Below, in pieces: positions 1 to 9,752 of a stretch of DNA of 15,501 nucleotides. The position numbers and the translations under genes are program-made. Position 1 is the stretch's first letter. The number at the start of each line of letters is the position of its first letter. Under the pieces are notes generated by a model. It was not told the DNA's origin. It did not search any database and worked only from the letters and a program-made list of their open reading frames with translations. This stretch comes from Azolla caroliniana. Its lineage: Eukaryota; Plantae; Polypodiophyta. The DNA lies in assembly GCA_043228905.1 (NCBI GenBank), contig JBHGNT010000798.1:1-15501 (forward strand), in the 5' to 3' direction.

Positions 1-286
1 AGTAGGGGGTTGACAACCTTTTGCTGTTTATTGAATAGGTATTACTGAGCATAGTTCCTTTGGATATTTTGGAATTTGAACTATCCATTATTGGAAGAAC
101 ACAAATTCCATTATTCCTTTGTAATTCATATGCTCGAAGATGCATAGAAATCATGTAACAAAGTTAATTTGAATATATGGATAAATTTGATTTGCCACCT
201 CCTTTTCTATTTTGTGTATAAAGTTCTTTTTATGAATCATGACTTTATTGACTGGACATATTTACTTTAATTTGGAATGCTTGCAG

Positions 287-398
287 CATCTGGACTGTTG
301 ATTTGGCTCATCTCTTGCGCCTTTTTGATGTGGATGTAGTATTTCTCACAGTTACCATAGGAGCAAATCCAAACTTTGTTGACGAAACATTTTATAAG
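287..398 (+). CDS. GC1: GC1/GUCD1 internal exon A
   Basis: Acceptor TTGCAG at 281-286 and donor AG|GTATGC. Encodes IWTVDLAHLL...GANPNFVDETFYK. Confidence 0.93.
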
Positions 399-485
399 GT
401 ATGCCAGAATCCTAATTTTCTGTATAAATGAAGTGATAAAAAAGATCAAGTTGAAGCTTTGGAACATTTCTGACTGTTGCTATAT

Positions 486-532
<47 letters not shown>

Positions 533-2832
533 CTGTTGAGATGATGCGTTTCAAAGCCGACAGAAAATGAAAATTAGATACTTTTTAATCTTAGCAATAT
601 TATCAGAAAAAATAATGTTATAAATACAGGAATGCTCTAACTTATTACTATCATGCATTACTTCCTTAAGTTTTTGTCAATGTATTTGGAACTTTTGATT
701 CTCTCTCTTTTTTAATTTGTTTGGTATCTATTGAATATCTCATAGCCATTACTTTGTGATTGCATAGTTCATTAACCACTTTGACATAATTAGGAAAACA
801 TGGAAGAAGATGGGGAACGTGTTAACAAGCTGTTTGAGAAGGCTCCAGAAGTTGGCATTCAGCTCGAGGTATTTTTGTGTTCTCTAATTTTCCACATTGT
901 TGTTTGAATGTTAGTGAAGGTTACTAACTAAGCCTGGAGTTTAACATGGATTATTTTGTTATTTAGCCTCAGGAACCATTAAAAAAGGCAACAATCATAG
1001 AAGAAATTCAATTGTTTAGTTCTGTAATCTGTTGTTAATACAACTGTGTAAAACTTGTTATAAAGGCCTTTCTTTCAGGATAAGACTAAGTTTTAGCATT
1101 TACTGCATATCCTGATTTTTCTTGCTGACTTGACCCAATTTCTGGAATTCTCTTTTTTTCTATCCTGCCATCATGCCTAAAGATGCCCATTGGAGATATT
1201 CAAGGTAGCTCGTAATTTTGAAATATCTCAATTTTATCTATATCTATGTTGAAGCTACTATTATTATTTCAATATTAATGTAGTTGTTTAGATGTGCAAA
1301 AAAATAATTTCCCACATGTTTTAAACTCTACATTTTGATGGTTTGCTTAATATCATTTGCTTGAAGCAAAGAATACACTGATTGAATTCTCGTGGTTGTA
1401 AAATTTGGCCAATCACCCTCTCTAATATACCATATAAAATATAGACAATACACATCATACGTTTGTATGTTTAAGATGACTTTGATCATCTAAACCAGAT
1501 GAGTCAGGATAAATAAGATTTTTTTCAAAGCCTAATTTGATGTCATATCGCTTAGAGCTGTTTGTTTGGGATATGCATATATAAGAATAAACAGAGTTTT
1601 TGAATTAAAACTTTTTGGATGATGATTTTTCATTAAAAAATTCACTTTTATTATATTCTGCATATATAAGATACTTTGATAGAGAGCATTTCATCAAGTT
1701 TGGATAATTTAACATCTTTGTATCCATATATAATGGTGTGAGTATGAGCACAACTACATTTTTTCCTGTTCTTAAATTTCTACATTATCCCTCTATTGTT
1801 GATGCAGAGAAGATCAATAAGCTCACATGAGCTTTCTATGCTCATTTTATCTGGAAGACACCTTGCAATTGCATTGGTTGACAAAAGAAAGCTTAGGTAA
1901 ACGATAGACCATATTATCATATGATGCATGGCCTTTGATGATTCCATCAGTTGATCAAGAGAGTTTTTGAAAAGAAACTTTTATTGAAATGTAGTTACCC
2001 TTGGCTCGAGGAACTGTGCTTGTCAAATTGTTGTGGTCTGGCAACAGGGTATATTGGTAATTATTATTGTTCTGATGAATAGAGTAAAATACCAAAGTAC
2101 CCTCAATTTGTGAGGTATTTATTAGAATACCCCTATGCTAAAAAACAAAACCAGAATGCTGCTATATAGCAGTAATTTTATACTGCTGATAGGTATTCTG
2201 CTTAATTGGAAAACTTGGTGGTATTTTTGTAAATACCCAACAAGTTACGGGTTATGTTGGTGTTTTTGGCCTAATATTATCAGTCGTTATTATACTACAA
2301 AATCTGACCGTTGATGGATGTTGTTACACGGTTTTTTTTCTTCTTATCCTTAATGCCTAATAATGTTTTGGTATTTTGTAGGGCATTATGTGGTTATATG
2401 TGGCTATGACATGGACTCAGAGGAGTTTGAAATTCAGGATCCAGCAAGTTCTCGGTATATCCATCTCCTTTATTTTTTATACCTTGGAGTCCTTCAAACT
2501 AGCAACTTAGAAGTACTCTAAACTCTAAACCTTTTTTTGTATGTCATGTATATATATATATAGTGAATGTGTGAGGATATCTTCACGAACGCTCGATGAA
2601 GCTCGCACGACTTTTGGAACAGATGAGGATATCCTTGTGGTACTTGGTTTTTTATACTAATGTTAGTTTAAGTAATCTAATTAAATTTAATTCCATGCAT
2701 TCATTGTATTCAAATATCATGTTTCCTTGCCAGATATCATTGGATAGTCATGAGAAAAGGTTGAACCCTGTCCTTGCTTTACCTGTGACATGGTCTACTA
2801 AAAACCTGAAGGAAAAGAAGAGGATCCTCTAG
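287..2832 (+). CDS. GC1: Guanylyl cyclase 1 / GUCD1-family protein (Guanylate_cyc_2, C39-peptidase-like); 5'-partial spliced CDS join(287..398,794..868,1808..1896,1995..2056,2382..2454,2564..2639,2734..2832)
   Basis: Manual splicing at GT-AG sites gives a continuous frame (586 nt = 1 nt + 195 codons including TAG): (S)IWTVDLAHLLRLFDVDVVFLTVTIGANPNFVDETFYK-ENMEEDGERVNKLFEKAPEVGIQLE-RRSISSHELSMLILSGRHLAIALVDKRKLS-YPWLEELCLSNCCGLATGYIG-HYVVICGYDMDSEEFEIQDPASSR-ECVRISSRTLDEARTTFGTDEDILV-ISLDSHEKRLNPVLALPVTWSTKNLKEKKRIL*. I recognise the motifs SIWTVDLA, GANPN, GHYVVICGYD, DPASS and FGTDED from plant GC1/GUCD1 proteins. Confidence 0.93.
489..528. repeat. (CT)20 microsatellite in GC1 intron
   Basis: Perfect CT dinucleotide run read directly from the sequence. 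Confidence 0.97.
794..868 (+). CDS. GC1: GC1/GUCD1 internal exon B
   Basis: Acceptor TAG at 791-793 and donor AG|GTATTT. 75 nt, phase 0/0, encoding ENMEEDGERVNKLFEKAPEVGIQLE. Confidence 0.9.
1808..1896 (+). CDS. GC1: GC1/GUCD1 internal exon C
   Basis: Acceptor TGCAG at 1803-1807 and donor AG|GTAAAC. Encodes RRSISSHELSMLILSGRHLAIALVDKRKL. Confidence 0.9.
1995..2056 (+). CDS. GC1: GC1/GUCD1 internal exon D
   Basis: Acceptor TGTAG ending at 1994 and donor G|GTAATT. Encodes YPWLEELCLSNCCGLATGYI; phases fit both neighbours. Confidence 0.88.
2082..2271. mobile_element. Intronic foldback / MITE-like element (long degenerate TIRs, possibly Mutator-type)
   Basis: The left end GAGTAAAATACCAAAGTACCCTCAATTTGTGAGGTATTTATTAGAATACCCC aligns with the reverse complement of the right end, GGCCAAAAACACCAACATAACCCGTAACTTGTTGGGTATTTACAAAAATACCACC. 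Inner arms CAGAATGCTGCTATATAGCAGTA and TACTGCTGATAGGTATTCTG also pair. TA flanks both ends. Confidence 0.7.
2382..2454 (+). CDS. GC1: GC1/GUCD1 internal exon E (GHYVVICGYD...DP motif)
   Basis: Acceptor TTTTGTAG ending at 2381 and donor CG|GTATAT. Encodes (G)HYVVICGYDMDSEEFEIQDPASS. Confidence 0.93.
2564..2639 (+). CDS. GC1: GC1/GUCD1 internal exon F (FGTDED motif)
   Basis: Acceptor TAG at 2561-2563 after a (TA)n run and donor TG|GTACTT. Encodes ECVRISSRTLDEARTTFGTDEDILV. Confidence 0.9.
2734..2832 (+). CDS. GC1: GC1/GUCD1 terminal coding exon
   Basis: Acceptor TTTCCTTGCCAG ending at 2733. Encodes ISLDSHEKR...KEKKRIL then TAG at 2830-2832, matching the 3' half of track ORF 2596..2832. Confidence 0.82.
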   Translation: MSLDSHEKRLNPVLALPVTWSTKNLKEKKRIL

Positions 2833-3588
2833 GTTACCATTAACGGATTGGTGAACGGCAAATCCATATGCCATTGATCCTCATAGAGCGATTCATATCA
2901 ACCTCATAATTTCTTTAATTATCATCTCTGAAGTGCTTTTGTATCCCTCCCTTAAGGAGATGGCGGGGTCGAGAGTTGAACTCTGGGCTTATTGGTCTAA
3001 TAAGGCAATGATCTAAACTAAACAACCAACCCAACCCGATCCCTAGGCCATTTCCATAGAGTTTATTTATGATTTTTGTGCCCCATTGGCAAATGAGTTG
3101 CTACCTATGAACCCACATTGTTCCAACATATGCCATGATTATATGTTGGGAATGAGGGTGCCCACAACCACCATTGTCTCCATATTTACACCCATTATTA
3201 CCAAAAACGTAAGTATGTAAGCTTTGTACATGATTGTAATATTTGTTGAATGATATTTAGCAACCGGGTGTTCTTTCTCGACATGCATAAGTAGGTAACA
3301 TAGTTATGATTTAGTTTTTTAGGTTTTGTTAGCATAGAATGTAGATGCTATGATAGTTGTAGAAGTGTGTTATTGTAAAAGTCTCTTGGAAGACCTGATA
3401 GAGCCTTTGGTCTTGGAATTCCTTGAGTCTCACCTATACATCCTGATCCAACCTTTGTTTATCCTATCGATGGCAAGGCCGGTTGTCAATATCTCTCAAA
3501 CCATTAACTACACTTACCCTAATCTAGTGAACTCTTACTCACCTTTGACTGAACAAAGAGATTAATGAATCCCTCTAAAAAGCTAAAG

Positions 3589-3600
3589 TGTTAGATACCA
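3589..3600 (-). other. Degenerate primer-binding site (tRNA-iMet type) of an LTR retrotransposon
   Basis: The minus strand reads TGGTATCTAACA versus canonical TGGTATCAGAGC. It sits 1 nt from the end of the putative LTR at 3602. Confidence 0.5.
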
Positions 3601-3601
3601 A

Positions 3602-4432
3602 TATCATTAAAATGGAGTACATATAATGATATTAACCACATGTATCAGATTAATCACCACTATACATATAAAAGGAAGAGTTATTAAAGTTTGGCTAATT
3701 AGCACTTAACTTTTATTACCGCCATAAATATAAGAGAAAGGGAGAGAATACTCTACCTTAGGTTACAAGGGGAGAATAAAAACTAGGAATCAAGAACTAA
3801 AAAAGTCACATAAGTGGCTTTTATAGCTCACTAACAAAAAGGTTGTCCCTTTTCACATTGGGATGAGCATTTGGCTTAAAGTTCGAGAGGTAATTTTATT
3901 TTATCCCCCTTATCCTAGTCTTGCCCTTAGTATAGTACTTACGGTGATGTTGATGTTTTCATGTGATAGGTTTGATGCACAGTCTCCACTTAGCATTATG
4001 CATGCTACCCACTTGGCTATCACGCTTGCTTTCGATGTGACTATTGTGTACAACTATCACATAATGATAACATATGGTGTCACAACAATGCGAAACTTGT
4101 AAAATGCTAAATGTTTACCTTGTCTAATATGATAATGTGTGGGCAAGTTTTTAGGACTTAGGACACATTGTTCTAATTAGCACCTAACTAACCTAGAACT
4201 AACATCTACAAGCCTAAACAACATTTGCTTTATTGTGGGTGGGACGACTAGGAGTGGGTGTCAATCCACTCCTAACTAAGCCTACTAGAGAATATTGATG
4301 AATAAAACAAAGTCTTAATCAATACCAAAATTAACATGAATTAATGTAGACTTACTTAAATACTCTTAGTCACTTAATATTAACTATTAGGAAAATATGC
4401 AAGAAAGAAGAAAACACACATATTCAATGACA
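3602..4432 (-). mobile_element. Degenerate LTR (5' LTR of a truncated minus-strand LTR retrotransposon)
   Basis: Termini are imperfect inverted repeats: TATCATTAAAAT at 3602 and ATTCAATGACA ending at 4432 (reverse complement TGTCATTGAAT). There is a minus-strand TATAAAA box at 3819-3825 and an adjacent PBS-like motif. No intact gag/pol is visible downstream. Confidence 0.55.
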
Positions 4433-4726
4433 TTAGAGGGTCATATCCCACAAGTTATTCACCTAAACATATAAGTTGAAAGTTTACTTTTGAAAGAAGG
4501 ATAGAATTAAGATTAGAAATTTAGAAGAGGTGAAGATTAGTAGAGACTTAGGCTCTAGCTCAAGTTCAAAAATAAAAATGAAGATTATAACAATAAATTA
4601 GTTATTATAGAACTATAATCTATACTTGGCAAGTACATAGTCAATTCATTAGGAATTAACTTATGCGTTGACACAATTGACGTTCAAGAGATTAGTGTGA
4701 CACACTTGGCTTTCAACAAATTTGTT

Positions 4727-4807
4727 TGATGAGAGTGGGATTTGACCCCACGCCATTTCAAACCAGAACCTTAATCTTGCGCCTTAGACCAACTCGGCCA
4801 TCGCATG
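4727..4807 (-). pseudogene. tRNA-Leu-AAG: tRNA-Leu(AAG) pseudogene / degenerate tRNA gene
   Basis: The minus strand reads CATGCGATGGCCGAGTTGGTCTAAGGCGCAAGATTAAGGTTCTGGTTTGAAATGGCGTGGGGTCAAATCCCACTCTCATCA (81 nt), colinear with plant cytosolic tRNA-Leu(AAG). Box A and the AAG anticodon are intact. There are two acceptor-stem mismatches, one anticodon-stem mismatch, a disrupted variable arm, GGGTCAA instead of GGTTCAA in box B, and no T4 terminator immediately downstream. Confidence 0.88.
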
Positions 4808-7800
4808 TTGAGGCTAGATGTAAAATCCATTTATTTAGACTGTTGCTATATGTGTGGCTTTTTACAACTTTGTGATGTCAAATTGTGATGTACAATGACT
4901 TGTGAAATACTTGACAATTTGTTCTTCAAAATATAAATAATTGAATGATATCCAAAAACATATTTGAAGATATTTCACTTTGTGGATGATTTTGTATGAA
5001 GTTAAATCGTGGAGTGATTATGGAAAGGTTTTTTATGGTGCATCAATATACTACTGTGTGTTTGTTGTTGGATGAGGTCATCAATGTCAAACTTGAGTTT
5101 GCGCTCAAACTTTGGGGTTGTAGATGAAGGTCTTTGCGAAATGTAAGCATTGATAAGAGTTCGGGTTTAGGCTTTAGGTTCTAGCCAAGTGTGAAATGAA
5201 AGAACACAAAAGTGAATATCAATTGAAAAACGTGTTAAGTCTTCTTGACCCTCTTCCTTTTGATGTTCCTTGCTTAATGAGTTTTGTTGCATGTCTACTA
5301 AGATAATTGAAGTCTCATACAAGAAAGGCATACCATGGTTATCATTCTCCTATTATTTGGTATTTACCCTCAGTAGTAGCATCTAAACCTTTAAATTAAT
5401 ATGGGTGCTCGGGGTCTTTTGCAAGCTTTGCAATTCATACAGGTTTCCATATTGCATTCTACTTTCATTGCTTAAGCCTTAGATCATGACCTTTGAAACC
5501 TTTGAATTACAACATGTTAAACCCTAACGACGTGTATGCGCAAGAAGGTTTATCTACTATTGTTTCCACACTTGTGTTATTACATGCGCAAAAGTTCCAA
5601 ACTCATCTAGCTATTTGGACCCCAAAAGATCTATTATTGTAGAAAGTTTTAAGCAACCTAAAATTTGCCACCATATTGCATTATTTTCTACTTCCCTTGC
5701 TCCAAAGCACTCGTAGAAGGGGATAAGTTAGCTAAGACTATATATTTGCAAGATGTTGAATTGTGAGGAAAACATTGTCAGTCCCAAATGCTGAAATTTT
5801 GGCTTGCCATATTTGAGTTTTTTCTCCATTGGTGGGTGGACCACTACATGGTCCCTAAGTGTTGATGGTGAAAGATGCTCAACTACATTATGTTCATCAA
5901 TTGCAATGTGGATCTTTGAATTTACCAAAAATGTAGTTTGATGTGTGACTTTTCACCAAGCTTGGTGGTACTTATAACTTTCTAACAACTAAATTGCTTA
6001 TATTAAAACAATTGAACGAAATAGTAGGCCAACCAGACATTGTTTCAATTTGTTTGTTTATATTCAATGTATTTCCTTTTTCTTGTACAAACTACAAATC
6101 AATGTACTAGATTTTTGTGTAATCTCTACATTGCTCCACAAGTATTACAAGTTATAAGCACTCTATGTATGTTTGGTTCAAGCAAATATACAATATTTGT
6201 GCAGAGGATAGTTGTCAAGGAATACAATTGACAAGAGAGTTCCTAATTTGTTCCAAGAAGCCGCATTGCATGAAGTCAAAGCTTTATAAGAGTTTCGATA
6301 TCAATGGGCATAACACTGTGCCCTCAAAAATATTCTTTGAGATGCATAAAAGCCAAAAGCACTACCAGAGTTGGATATTGTGGCAATATCTTGAGTTAAT
6401 TTTGTATAGTTTAATCCGAACTTCTGATTCTAAAAGTTGGATAGTTGGCAATAACTTTTTAAAGTTTAATCATGACTTCTCAGTTTCAATGTAGCTCATG
6501 AGTCATAATAATGTGAGCAAAGAGCCAGCCTTGCTACTCACGAAGATAAATGCCTTGAAAATGATTCCATCCCAACTTGACGAGATTCATCATTCAATGA
6601 TTAAACAAAACTCTTTTTAAAGCTTAAATCTCAATGGGAGATGAAGATATTGATGCCTATAGAAGAAGAATGGATATTCACAATACACTTTTTTCATGAT
6701 ATTGACAAAATCATCCACCTTTTAAGTTTTCGTCAATCTCTCCTTGTTATATAATTAAAGGTTTATTTTACATCAAATGAATAATATATATGCTAAAGGA
6801 AATGTTAATCATGGAGATTGAAACTCCAATCGATCTTGTCATGGATATATAATTATATATGTTCCATGTCCTTAACCAACTTTGTGCTATTCGACAAATT
6901 ACATGGTCAAATCCTCCCCTTATATCTCTTTTGGTAGTTGATCAATGATTTTCTAAATAAGAACGAGAAACTTGGAAATTTGGGAAATAAAGAAAAACTT
7001 AGGTTCAACATTTTTCACACGAATTACATGGGTAAGATATCCATCCCACCAATTCATTGTAACAATACACGTAGCATATATATACTTAAGATCACTTATG
7101 TTGATTCAAATAAGTAATTGTTTTCATCTCTCAAATTTTCATGCATACAAATCCAATGACGTTCCACCAAAGTAGAGATCTCGTTTTCTAATTTCCTAAC
7201 ACGTTCACTGTCTTGAGCCTTGACACAATTGATGTTGATAAATCAACTGCGCCTTTAATAAAGTGAATGAAGGTACCCATCATTCTTCACACATTTAATG
7301 AAATAACTTCTTTGACACATTATAATAATGATGGTTTTTGAAATCAACGCCACATCCCTACATATGTCAACTGGAAAAAATCTATTTAAAGCCAACAACA
7401 TATATATCATTGAAGATGGGCCACATGTTGAGAACAAAAACAAATTAATGCAATGGAAATACCATAATGGGAAACCTTTATAGAGTCAATTTAATTGTTG
7501 TTAAGATCTAGTTGTTTATCAAAATAACATTATCAGAGTGATAGATCTCAATTGAGGATGATGGTTGTCCCCTTGATATCAACAAATTAACAAACTAATT
7601 CGAGCCATTACAATTATCATGCACAATGTTCTCAATCTTTTTAGGCCCCATAAACTAAAGTTTATGATATTAGTAGTGTGTGAAATATCCATACAAAGAG
7701 AACATACATGTCAAATGTAATTTAGGGGCAAAAATACGGGTTACTCATCATGGAATGGCAAATTTTGAGTGGTTTTGTAAACCTTTTGCTCTTATAATAA

Positions 7801-8299
7801 CCAAGGTTTCTATAAGCTATGCACTTAATTTTACAATAAAACTACAAGCATAGAACATTTTTAGAAATGCTTGGAAAAAAGAGAGGGTTGAGCCCAATCT
7901 TGTAAAAACTTTGAAAGTGTGATCCAATTTTCGGGCTTCCCATCTATAAATTCACACCAACCATTTATATTCCGAAACTGCATATTGAGGTCCCTTTTAT
8001 TTTTACTCAACTGGTTAATGTATGTTGCATTTATGATTGCTTGTCACAAATAACAAAACCAATAGAAAAACGGTCAATATTATCTAACCTTTCCTAAAAA
8101 TGGTATCTTTTCTTCTTCTTCTTTACCATTGTAAGCCCAAAACCGCAACTTCTAATTGGGAATGCATTCACCATCAAAGTGAGCGTAGACACTTTGAATT
8201 ACGTATTAATGACGATATAAATGAAGTTGTATTCTAGTTTTTCGATGAGTAGATTGTAAGATGATCTAGCAGTTTCCCCCCCTTTGTTGGTTGTTCTCC

Positions 8300-8540
8300 A
8301 TTGTAAGTTGGGATGTATATAGATCCATCTCCTTAGCCTCTTTAGGGAAAGATCTATGGTTGCCCATTGAATTTTACAAGAGGGCTTTAGGAAGTATCTT
8401 GGCTTTCTTTCCACATACTTTGTATGTTGTAGCAAACTTGGTTTTCTTATCTAATGGAAGGATATTCTTTTTTGGAAAAAAAAAAATGACGATATCGTCA
8501 TCAATTTGTTCTATTATCAATGCCACTCTATTGATTAGTT
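8300..8540 (-). mobile_element. Probable decayed LINE (L1-type) ORF2 fragment, region C-terminal to the RT core
   Basis: Minus-strand translation across a frameshift and stops gives ...KKEYPSIR*ENQVCYNIQSMW... and ...KPSCKIQWATIDLSLKRLRRWIYIHPNLQ. These resemble, from memory, the plant L1 signatures 'GRxLxxNQVLxxxMW' and 'KVAWxxIxLPxxxGGLxIxDPxxQ'. Not verified by search. Confidence 0.4.
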
Positions 8541-9752
8541 GATATTAAATTTTTAGCTTAACATGTATTTGTAATGTTAATATCGTAAATTAACTCCTGA
8601 GGGTTTAGTAATGTCCATCCCAATACATAATAGCAACTTTTTAGGAGTTTTTTGGTTTTGAGTTTATTACACCATATTTCACTTTTCACTAGTAGTTACT
8701 ATGAATTTACATCATGAATGATAAAAATGTACACCAAGCGTGGGATTATTTCCTAGGAGTTTAGTAGGTTTGAGCTAGTATACATTTTCATTAAATAAAA
8801 AGTGAAAGTTCACACGCCAAAGTAGGTACAATAAGTCCAAACTATAAGAATTTAGCATCCACATCAATTTTGTGGGTGAAATACAAAATGGCTCCATAGG
8901 TTTGATGGATTGAAAGAGAAGAACCTTTGTTGAGCATAAATATAATGCACACAAGTTTCTTAAAAAATATCAAGTTCAAGAGAGAAGGGAAATGACTTGC
9001 ATGTCCTACATGTGAATTCCATGCCTTTGTGGGAGATTTTAGCAAAAAAAAGAGAATCATTAACTACATCTTCAAATCTCTATTATAAAATGAGGAAAAT
9101 ACAGGAAGTTTTGTCTTGTCGTTGTTTAAGAGTAAGGGAAAAGCGTAATGATTAGATCTATTCTTTAGACAATACAAATATGAGATAGGGAATGGACAAC
9201 GAAACAATTATTTCCTCCCATAAACTAATGGTTCAAAGTATGTTTTCGTAATAGTAACCAAAATGATGGAAAGAGTTATCTAATGGTGTAAGGTGGTAAC
9301 TTACTCAAGTTGTAGGCCAAATATATGTACCATTGGTAGGAACAAATTGAATATTTCCAAGTATTGAAATACTTGTGTTTGCAAATTTCCATTGCAGTGT
9401 CATCCATGGTGGTCACACAAATTTTGTTGGGCTCAATGATAATTTTAATGGGATTTAGGGAGGGTAGTGTTTCCCTAGCACATGATAAGATGTGCTAACA
9501 TTTGTTTGTTCATATCTTATGGTGTAAACTTACCTAAAAACGAGGATGATGTTACATGCTTTTACTACACCATTATTGAGGCAAGGAACAAAATTCATAA
9601 TTGCCCAATTTCTAACGCAATTTGGTTGTTATGTCATGACTCATAATTGCAATCATCATTATATTGGTAAATTGTTGCCACCCTTTGTGTGGCTTTTCAC
9701 TCAAGGAACAAAAGATTTATCATTCCCATCATCATAACTTTGGAATTATCTA

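Noticed and set aside
1-38. Open frame SRGLTTFCCLLN ending in AG|GT with the phase needed to join GC1 exon A
   Set aside because: Weak donor (GTTATT) and no convincing similarity to the expected upstream GC1 sequence. More likely intronic.
267-570. Track ORFs 267..467 (-) and 376..570 (+)
   Set aside because: The first is antisense to exon A. The second shares the exon A/intron boundary and gets its SLSLSL run from the (CT)20 microsatellite.
1079-1204. Possible cryptic exon in the 939-nt intron (TTTCAG acceptor, CAAG|GTAGC donor)
   Set aside because: Exons B and C join directly in frame and match the family without it, and it carries an in-frame TGA in phase 0.
3350-4102. Track ORFs 3350..3565 and 3863..4102
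   Set aside because: Short, hydrophobic, AT-driven translations over LTR-related sequence with no recognisable motif.
4668-7236. Near-identical 17-mer TTGACACAATTGA(C/T)GTT at 4668-4684 and 7220-7236
   Set aside because: Short AT-rich match with no extension into the flanks. Compatible with chance in a 15 kb window.
8486-8501. Perfect 16-bp palindrome ATGACGATATCGTCAT
   Set aside because: One palindrome of this length is not very unexpected in a window this size. It lies inside the LINE-like relic with no supporting context.
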